Source: a virus
IMG/VR virus record: IMGVR_UViG_3300010397_000046
Location: 4,359 to 68,358 of that record
DNA: 64,000 bases
Strand: one strand, 5' to 3'
Part shown: positions 57,381 to 64,000 of the stretch, one piece after another
Layout: each line of letters starts with the position of its first letter
How positions within the stretch are numbered: the stretch's first letter is position 1
Made by a program: the position numbers and the translations under genes
The notes under the pieces: model-generated
What the model saw: only the letters and a program-made list of their open reading frames with translations
Databases searched by the model: none
What the model was told of the DNA's origin: nothing

Positions 57381-58862
57381 TTAAATCTTCGAAAATCGGA
57401 GCAACATTAACAGCCCACGCAACCTCTTTTCCCTTTTACGTTTAAGATACATACTCATAGGGTCAATCTGGTCGTCATGCTCTCCTACTGGAAACTGTGT
57501 GCATTCATCTTCAAAATCTAATAACCATGGGGCCGCTTCAGGAAGATATACTAAACCAGATTCAATTGCAACCGCTTCATTCTCCATCCTTACTACTTTA
57601 CTGAAACTGCCTGGGTCTATCGCAATCACAGGTGTCTTGATCCCATCAACAGGATCACGCAAACACTGAATCAAAGATATACCTGATGATTTATCTTCAA
57701 CTAATATTTCATGGGGGCCCCATTGCATGTTGAGTGATTTAACAGCCCTCAACAATTCAGGGAAAGCACACTTCTTTCTCCATATGTGTATCAGGTAGTA
57801 TCCGCTTGATGTTTCAGCCCAAACTTCACAAACAGAATAGTCATTCAATTCATTTTCTTTTGAAGCTGTATCTAACACAAGGGATAAGCATATAATTGTT
57901 TCTTTCGCTGGTGGAGTTTTATATCGCTTAAACAAATTGAACATAATTAAACCGCCATCTCTAGGAGCTGGTCTCTGTTGGAGTTGCCCTGCTGCTGCAT
58001 ACGCTCCAAGCGCAATCTTCAGTTTATCTATCTCTTGTTTTCTAAACCTTTCCGGCCAAAGCAACTCCCCTTCTTTCCTTCTTGGGTCTCTCCATCCCCC
58101 AAATGCCCTGCATTTCGTTTTGCGCTCATATTCAGCCGGAAGCAACAAATGATAATAGTCCTTTCCGTATTTACTTAAAATATGTCCTGAAAGGTCTTTA
58201 GCATGTGTTCTTTGTTGAATAACTACTATTGCCCCCTTTTGAGGATCATTCAAACGAGTCTGCATAACTTCGTCAAACCATTGATTGGTTGCCGTTCTAA
58301 CGGTGTCTGATTCAGTTTCCTTGACATTGTTAGCATCATCAATAACAATAATGTCACCACCCTCTCCAGTTGTCATTCCATCAACCGATGTTGATAGGCG
58401 ATAACCCCCCTTATCATTATCGAACCTAATCTTTGTATTCTGATCGGAGGTCATTTTAAATTTATCCCCCCAACGATCCTGATACAGAGGGCTTTCAATA
58501 ACACGCCGACACTTTATACCGTCACGGATGGAAAGACTTGAAGCATACGACGAATAAAGAAACTGCAAAGAAGGATTATCTATCCAAGCCCATGCGGGCA
58601 TACCTACAGCAATACCTATTGATTTCATGTGTCTTGGGGGGATATTAATCAATATCCTTTGTATATCCCCCGCAATAACATATTGCATATGTTCACAGAT
58701 AGCATCAATATGCCATCCATGTGTATAAGGATGTGGGTCGATATAACTCCAAAGTTGCTTTAAGAATTCAGCCATGCTTTTTTCCGCAAGTACCTTATTC
58801 AAAGATTCCATTGGAGTATTGAGTAATCGTTTTGCTTTCTCTTGTTCCTGTTTATTTAGCAT
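57381..58862 (-). CDS. terL: Terminase large subunit
   Basis: NIPPRHMKS, TGEGGDIIVIDD, LQQRP, DTA, HDDQID. Confidence 0.92.
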   Translation of the reverse strand: MLNKQEQEKAKRLLNTPMESLNKVLAEKSMAEFLKQLWSYIDPHPYTHGWHIDAICEHMQYVIAGDIQRILINIPPRHMKSIGIAVGMPAWAWIDNPSLQFLYSSYASSLSIRDGIKCRRVIESPLYQDRWGDKFKMTSDQNTKIRFDNDKGGYRLSTSVDGMTTGEGGDIIVIDDANNVKETESDTVRTATNQWFDEVMQTRLNDPQKGAIVVIQQRTHAKDLSGHILSKYGKDYYHLLLPAEYERKTKCRAFGGWRDPRRKEGELLWPERFRKQEIDKLKIALGAYAAAGQLQQRPAPRDGGLIMFNLFKRYKTPPAKETIICLSLVLDTASKENELNDYSVCEVWAETSSGYYLIHIWRKKCAFPELLRAVKSLNMQWGPHEILVEDKSSGISLIQCLRDPVDGIKTPVIAIDPGSFSKVVRMENEAVAIESGLVYLPEAAPWLLDFEDECTQFPVGEHDDQIDPMSMYLKRKREKRLRGLLMLLRFSKI

Positions 58863-58888
58863 TATTGCTACCCCAATAAAATAGAACT

Positions 58889-58927
58889 ACTTCCTACTAT
58901 TCAAATAAAAACTGGATAGTAGGAAGT
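58889..58927 (-). other. Hairpin upstream of terL (terminator-like)
   Basis: acttcctactat...atagtaggaagt inverted repeat. Confidence 0.5.
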
Positions 58928-58962
58928 TCAATTATTTGCCTTTATAGTCATTGAATGCTCAT

Positions 58963-60963
58963 TTAAAGCTCTAACTCCAAATTAAGTTTTAAGCCGAACC
59001 CGCGTTTTCCCCCCCCGCTTGTCGCTGGTGCTGATCCACTCCCGGACACAGGAAACGCACCAACAAGTCCACCTGTTGAACCGGCTGTAGATAATGCTAT
59101 GTTTTGAGGAGCAAACCCACCACCTACCCACGTAATTAGATCCGATATATTGTAACGCGGGTCATACGATTCTTTACCCATGGTAGAAAACTTAGCAATG
59201 CACCCATTCCAATCCGATACGGAAGGGTCGTACTGTTGACAGAATTTTATAAAACTACGGCTTGAATCCACAAAATTTGGATTACCGATTTGGTCGTGAA
59301 CCCCTGGAGAATTAACGTAAACTCCACTTCCAATCCCAAAATAAAGAGTTCCGGTTAAATTATAAATCCAGTTATAATCAGCAGTAGTAACGGAGTTTGT
59401 AAAAGGATGTTTAAACCCAACAATACATCCCTGTAATGCTGTAGCGGAATAGAATATATTGTTTTGAATGGATGTGTATTCGTTGGTTATATTTATTAAC
59501 CCCTCACCAGCAACTCCACAAAACGACAATGCACCGTTAGTGTTATCTCCTTGTGCTGTGTTGTTTTCATATGTGAGGATGGGACAAAAATGTGTTGACC
59601 CATCACATGCAGTGCCATCACTCATATTATACTGTGCACTCGTCCCATAACCATCAGCGCCAGGCATAAATAGGGTATGTTTGACTATATGACTGTAATT
59701 TGCAGAAGCATATGTAGACGAAGCACCGTTACCCTGAATGACCGATGAGTCAACAGTAGTACTACCTCCATAGTCAGGTTCAAAAATCCAACCGTCAAGC
59801 GTAGTGGCGACTCCCTGCATGTATGTTTCATGGTAGTTCATTGTATGGGTTGGGCCTGCATAACTGCCGTAAATCATATACGTTCTACTAAGCGTGCCGC
59901 CTGGTAGATAGCTAGGATAGGATGTAGTTCCTGATGTCAGATAACTACCCAGAAAATTGTTTTGCCAGTTTGTACCTGAAAACGAGGGGAAATTACCGCC
60001 GTATGCTTTTAACGGGGCTGAAGAGCCAGACGTACTACTATTGGAATATAAAAAATTGTTCTGAAACACAAAGCCTGGGTCCATGCCATTAGTTGCACCA
60101 GATGAAATACCTACCTGTCCGTCACCTACATAGTTGTTTGTAAACTGTCTTGTGCCGCTTACTTTGGTTGTTATAGCACCAAAATAAATAGGTCTATAGG
60201 AATTACTGCTAGATAATATTGGGTTTTGTACGTTACACCAATCAATTATAAAAGTGGAGGTTGTTGATAAACTCCCAAGATTTAGAGCGCCGCAGCGGGT
60301 AAGCGTGACATGGGTAAAACTAAAAACCGAACCTGCCGTATTTAACGATGGAGCAAATGCCAGTATAGTAGCAGTTCCTATATCTGAAAAATCAGTATAC
60401 GTGGCCGTCATAAGTCCGTTATTCAGGTTTGCATTCTTGTTTCCTATCCTGCCTGCGTTACCTGAACCTGAAGCAATGCCCCATATGACGTGATTACCAG
60501 CACCGACTGACCCCTGAAAATTTAGAAATGAGGTGTTTGATCCAGCTAGTGCGGTGAAGCTGTAATTGGTTGTACTTGGTGCTCCCGACAGAGAAGAATC
60601 ATGGGTAATGACTGATCCAGGACCAAAATCCCACTCAGAATTACAATATGTGACAGTGCCCCGATAAGTAAGAGCGCCATTCACAATCAGTCTGCCTGTT
60701 CCTGTTGACGCATTGGAACACGCAATAGCGGCGGTTGATGTGTCATTTGCTGGGGAGGTTCCGACAATCGCCTGATATCCAGCAGGGACGGTGATGGTAT
60801 GACCATTGTTGATTATTACGGTATCGCCGTTTTCTGGGACGCCGACCTCGTTCCACGTAGTTTGCCCCGATGCAGACCAGTCTCCGGATGCCTTTGATGT
60901 AAATGCTGCCGCCCACACATTCATCGGCAACAACAGTATAATCATCAGTGTTGCTATTCTCAT
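58963..60963 (-). CDS. Signal-peptide-bearing G8/beta-helix-like protein
   Basis: MRIATLMIILLLPMNVWA|A; 'SGDWS...TW..GVP..GDTVII..GHTITV'; G/S/T/N-rich. Confidence 0.7.
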   Translation of the reverse strand: MRIATLMIILLLPMNVWAAAFTSKASGDWSASGQTTWNEVGVPENGDTVIINNGHTITVPAGYQAIVGTSPANDTSTAAIACSNASTGTGRLIVNGALTYRGTVTYCNSEWDFGPGSVITHDSSLSGAPSTTNYSFTALAGSNTSFLNFQGSVGAGNHVIWGIASGSGNAGRIGNKNANLNNGLMTATYTDFSDIGTATILAFAPSLNTAGSVFSFTHVTLTRCGALNLGSLSTTSTFIIDWCNVQNPILSSSNSYRPIYFGAITTKVSGTRQFTNNYVGDGQVGISSGATNGMDPGFVFQNNFLYSNSSTSGSSAPLKAYGGNFPSFSGTNWQNNFLGSYLTSGTTSYPSYLPGGTLSRTYMIYGSYAGPTHTMNYHETYMQGVATTLDGWIFEPDYGGSTTVDSSVIQGNGASSTYASANYSHIVKHTLFMPGADGYGTSAQYNMSDGTACDGSTHFCPILTYENNTAQGDNTNGALSFCGVAGEGLINITNEYTSIQNNIFYSATALQGCIVGFKHPFTNSVTTADYNWIYNLTGTLYFGIGSGVYVNSPGVHDQIGNPNFVDSSRSFIKFCQQYDPSVSDWNGCIAKFSTMGKESYDPRYNISDLITWVGGGFAPQNIALSTAGSTGGLVGAFPVSGSGSAPATSGGGKRGFGLKLNLELEL

Positions 60964-61005
60964 TTCTGCCTCCATATCTCATGTTACACCGTCAATAATT
61001 CTTGG

Positions 61006-61386
61006 TTATGGGTTTATTCCAAACACACCTTGATCTAATATAAGAAAGTAGGTTTGAACATCATTTAAAAACAATTTAACAGGGACTAAATCGGGAGTAA
61101 CTCCATTTGTGCATGTAAATCTAATAGCGATACGTCCTAATTTAGTTGGAGTGGAATAATTCTTAAATCCTTTTGTCCCTAAAACTAAATTTCGAGAAAG
61201 ATCTGCATCAGGGGTGAATACCTGAGCTGGCATTGATATAGAAGTAAATTTCTTCATTCCAAATACAGTACAAGTAACAGATGAATTGGAAGAATACGCT
61301 TTAAAACCCACCTTTGCTGTAGTAGTTGCAAATGCAGAACTGCAAAAAACAATCAAACAAAACAAACTCAAAATAACCTGTTTCAT
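61006..61386 (-). CDS. Small signal-peptide-bearing protein
   Basis: MKQVILSLFCLIVFCSSAFA|T; GGAGG SD. Confidence 0.65.
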   Translation of the reverse strand: MKQVILSLFCLIVFCSSAFATTTAKVGFKAYSSNSSVTCTVFGMKKFTSISMPAQVFTPDADLSRNLVLGTKGFKNYSTPTKLGRIAIRFTCTNGVTPDLVPVKLFLNDVQTYFLILDQGVFGINP

Positions 61387-61406
61387 AAAACCTCCTTTTA
61401 CTCGTT

Positions 61407-61739
61407 TCATTTTTTATCCCCTTTGTCCAATTTGTTAAACGTGCTAATAGTAGTCATATTTGCATTACCCCAAAATCGAAGTAATTCCACATTAATCAAT
61501 ATATCTTTTCTACCTCTTTCAGTAATGCAGTATTCATTTCCACGTTTAATTGATTCTACTTCCCGAAGGATTGGAACTCTTTCTATTGGAAGAGTTATTT
61601 GAATAGGGGATGGGCAAATCAAAGGCTTGGTTGGGCCGCATGAGGACAACAACATCCCCGTCAATAACAGGGGGAGGGGGAGAAGATTCGACCGCTTGAA
61701 TGTAATTGTTTGATTGCACCTTAATCTTTTGGATAGCAC
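61407..61739 (-). CDS. o-spanin lipoprotein (Rz1-like)
   Basis: AAGGAGG SD + GTG at 61739; lipobox LSSC; Pro-rich; overlaps i-spanin. Confidence 0.7.
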   Translation of the reverse strand: MLSKRLRCNQTITFKRSNLLPLPLLLTGMLLSSCGPTKPLICPSPIQITLPIERVPILREVESIKRGNEYCITERGRKDILINVELLRFWGNANMTTISTFNKLDKGDKK

Positions 61740-61968
61740 CGGAAACCTCCTTATAAAATGCATTACTTATTCTAGTTTGTTCAGCGTACATACTTGTTGT
61801 TTCTTTCCACATATCTGCTTCACTTGTTTTTGCCTTTAAATCCGCCCTTATCCCCATTTCATGCCACCCAAGCCAAAACAAACCAATTATTACAGCACAA
61901 ACAACAATGATCTTGATATAGATCATATAAGGATTAAGTTTATTAACTAGCATCACTGGATTTATCAT
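61546..61968 (-). CDS. i-spanin (Rz-like)
   Basis: N-terminal TM then helical domain. Confidence 0.7.
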   Translation of the reverse strand: MINPVMLVNKLNPYMIYIKIIVVCAVIIGLFWLGWHEMGIRADLKAKTSEADMWKETTSMYAEQTRISNAFYKEVSGAIQKIKVQSNNYIQAVESSPPPPVIDGDVVVLMRPNQAFDLPIPYSNNSSNRKSSNPSGSRIN

Positions 61969-62275
61969 CTACGTTCCCCTTTGTGCAATCAGCTTTCAAA
62001 ATAGCTTCCTTACCTTTTGCTGTTTGATAATTGGAGCCTATTTTAATACTTTTATATGCTCCAAGTGCTAGGAGCATTTCATTAAAATGTGGGATAACAT
62101 AAGCAGGTTGATTACTAGTAGCACGAACTATAGAAGCATATATCCATAATCCTAGTAAAACTATCATGCCATTGACAAAAACAAAATCGGTGGGACTTTC
62201 AGGCTTATCTGTACGAATGAGGTTATTGTAGGATTCAAGGAAATTTGGGACTTTTAAATCTTGAAAAAGTTTCAT
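61943..62275 (-). CDS. putative holin
   Basis: Hydrophobic segments; between endolysin and spanins. Confidence 0.55.
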   Translation of the reverse strand: MKLFQDLKVPNFLESYNNLIRTDKPESPTDFVFVNGMIVLLGLWIYASIVRATSNQPAYVIPHFNEMLLALGAYKSIKIGSNYQTAKGKEAILKADCTKGNVDDKSSDAS

Positions 62276-62310
62276 ATATTTCCCCTATTTGTGAGTATTA
62301 ATGGTGCATT

Positions 62311-62823
62311 TTACACAGGAGATAAAAATAAGTCAATTTCTTTTTGTCTGCGATTGGTAAGACCCTTACTAACTACTTTTTTATGTGTTTTTGGATCAGT
62401 TATTTTATTCCAACGCATTATTGCATCAGGTACTTCTGCAAACTTCTTTGCATTTATCATTTTCAATGCTGTTGATTCTGCAAAACCTCCATTTCCAATA
62501 TTGAATGTAAGGATCACAAGAGCATCAAATTGATTTTGAGTAAGAGACACATTAACAAGTTTATTTACGATGTGTTCCACAGGGTCTAAATCTTGATCTA
62601 GCAGGGCTATTGTTTCATCATGCAACAGTCCGTCATTGTCATGAAAACAAACTGATTTGTCGTTGATTTTGATGTATCCACTCATGAGTTCTGACTTTGT
62701 AAGCAAATGTCCGTAACCGATTGTCGGAAGTCCCGCACTATCCAAATATTGAAATTGTTCTTCCTTCTCATACTGCTTAATCAGTTCAAGTCCCTTGCTG
62801 CTTATCTTCATTCCCGGCACCAT
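62311..62823 (-). CDS. Endolysin, GH24 lysozyme
   Basis: E-x8-D-x5-T (YEKEEQFQYLDSAGLPTIGYG), QNQFDALV, GLTNRRQKE. Confidence 0.92.
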   Translation of the reverse strand: MVPGMKISSKGLELIKQYEKEEQFQYLDSAGLPTIGYGHLLTKSELMSGYIKINDKSVCFHDNDGLLHDETIALLDQDLDPVEHIVNKLVNVSLTQNQFDALVILTFNIGNGGFAESTALKMINAKKFAEVPDAIMRWNKITDPKTHKKVVSKGLTNRRQKEIDLFLSPV

Positions 62824-62932
62824 AAATTTTCTCCTTTAGTTTGATTGCCTTGCACTCTTTGTTGTTCATAGCACACTTTAAAGCATCTTTACTGCATTTA
62901 CATTCTTGTTGACTTGCTGCACAATACCCCAA
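62786..62932 (-). CDS. 48-aa Cys-rich microprotein (MGYCAASQQECKC...)
   Basis: AAAGGAGGTG SD + TTG; hand-translated; 5 Cys. Confidence 0.45.
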   Translation of the reverse strand: MGYCAASQQECKCSKDALKCAMNNKECKAIKLKEKIYGAGNEDKQQGT

Positions 62933-62950
62933 AATTGTTTCACCTCCTTT

Positions 62951-63826
62951 TCAATCTACTTCTTCATCATCCAAAGGATAGTCTTCAATCGCTTGATCGT
63001 TACCCAACAACTTCTGTCCTTTCGTAAAAATGAAATCTGCTATTTCCTGATCTTCCAACTCTATTGCATCCTGTACTACTCCATTTGATTGTGCTGTAAC
63101 AACAATATCCCGCAATGCTTTGATTTGTTCCACAGTCATATTCTGCAAATCTGCTTCCACATTCACCTTAGTAACTGTAGAATTCTTTTTCAACTCCGCT
63201 TGTAGATATGCAACATTCTTCCAACGATCTGAATTCCTGTTCTGTAGCCAAAACATACATGCTTTTACATCCGGCGGCATAGTCTTATACGTCAAAACAA
63301 TTTCCCTTGCCGGTATCACAACATCAATGTCTTGTAGTTTATGTTTTCCAATAAGCACTACGCTTCGCTCTGTCTTCTCCGTATACTCATAGCCCATTGC
63401 TCTCTTCAATAATGACTTCTCGACCTTCAGCGTGTCAAATTCATCCCTTCCACGTCTAACTGCTTCTTTGAACTTAGGATGTATCTGTGCCCACTTCTCT
63501 ATCGTAGTTCTTCCAACCCCAAACACTTCTGCTAATTGTGGATAAATAAATCCGTATTCCCTACATAACACCTCCGCTATATATGGAAATCTATCATTGT
63601 CATATACCTGCATTCCGGCATATCTTGGAATCCCCATATGATCTAATTTGTGCTTCATCGGTCGTTTCATTCTATCGTCGGATATATCTGCATATCCATT
63701 GATAGTCCCATCCTTCACCTGACCTTCTTCCCGCATCCTTCTGTATCTATCCCTCTGACTCTCCTTATACTTCCTATTGATCGTATTCGGTCTTTCCTTC
63801 CTTGAAACTCCCTTAGTTCTCGCCAT
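62951..63826 (-). CDS. terS: Terminase small subunit (HTH)
   Basis: LAEVFGVGRTTIEKW, VEKSLLKRAMGYEY, PPDVKACMFWLQNR; ATG 63826 after GGGGG SD. Confidence 0.75.
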   Translation of the reverse strand: MARTKGVSRKERPNTINRKYKESQRDRYRRMREEGQVKDGTINGYADISDDRMKRPMKHKLDHMGIPRYAGMQVYDNDRFPYIAEVLCREYGFIYPQLAEVFGVGRTTIEKWAQIHPKFKEAVRRGRDEFDTLKVEKSLLKRAMGYEYTEKTERSVVLIGKHKLQDIDVVIPAREIVLTYKTMPPDVKACMFWLQNRNSDRWKNVAYLQAELKKNSTVTKVNVEADLQNMTVEQIKALRDIVVTAQSNGVVQDAIELEDQEIADFIFTKGQKLLGNDQAIEDYPLDDEEVD

Positions 63827-63854
63827 ATTGTACCCCCAATAAATGATAAACCAT

Positions 63855-63882
63855 AGTATACATAAATAAATACAAAATTCAA
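63855..63882 (-). promoter_or_regulatory. sigma70-like promoter for late operon
   Basis: TTGAAT-16-TATACT upstream of terS. Confidence 0.45.
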
Positions 63883-64000
63883 GCATATGCCAATAACACT
63901 ATTATATACAGGCTGATTGACTATACTCCAAAAATTTATACTTCCTACCGCCCCCCCCCTATCCCACACACCACTTTCTTTATCTCTCTTTGTTTTTCAA

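Noticed and set aside
1-64000. tRNA genes, integrase/att site, stop-codon recoding
   Set aside because: No T-loop or cloverleaf and no recombinase motifs noticed by eye; core genes are intact in the standard code (tRNAscan not run)

Overview
The window is most of the genome of an AT-rich tailed dsDNA phage with siphovirus-type gene order. Spanins point to a Gram-negative host. No integrase, tRNA, CRISPR array or reverse transcriptase is visible, and the first ORF runs off the left edge. The + strand (1-35.6 kb) carries a dense early region of small ORFs (DUF3150/VWA-peptidase module, xSAA repeat protein, long intergenic RNA hairpins) followed by a near-complete replication and recombination set: SNF2 helicase, primase, O-like initiator with internal iterons, DnaB-like helicase, DNA methylase, beta clamp, a split PolA (UDG+3'-5' exonuclease gene and a separate intein-bearing polymerase gene), ThyX, DnaX-like loader, UvsY-like, HU, gp32-like SSB, RecA, RuvC, split SbcC and SbcD. 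A bidirectional terminator at about 35.7 kb separates this from the - strand late region: TerS, lysis cassette, two signal-peptide proteins, TerL, portal, head, tail with a -1 frameshift chaperone, tape measure with a dockerin/EF-hand motif, and an SGNH tail spike. The most unusual signals are: (1) a shared M(A/G)RT(K) N-terminal peptide on eight unrelated proteins, mostly recombination and packaging, three starting with identical MARTKG; (2) a ~45-aa acidic helical module shared by an E/K-rich wHTH protein and the SSB, which could act as a receptor or condensate scaffold for such tags (inference); (3) a TCAAT-N4-ATTGA operator at three promoters; (4) several candidate cis-regulatory RNAs. All family assignments come from motif recognition by eye, not database searches.
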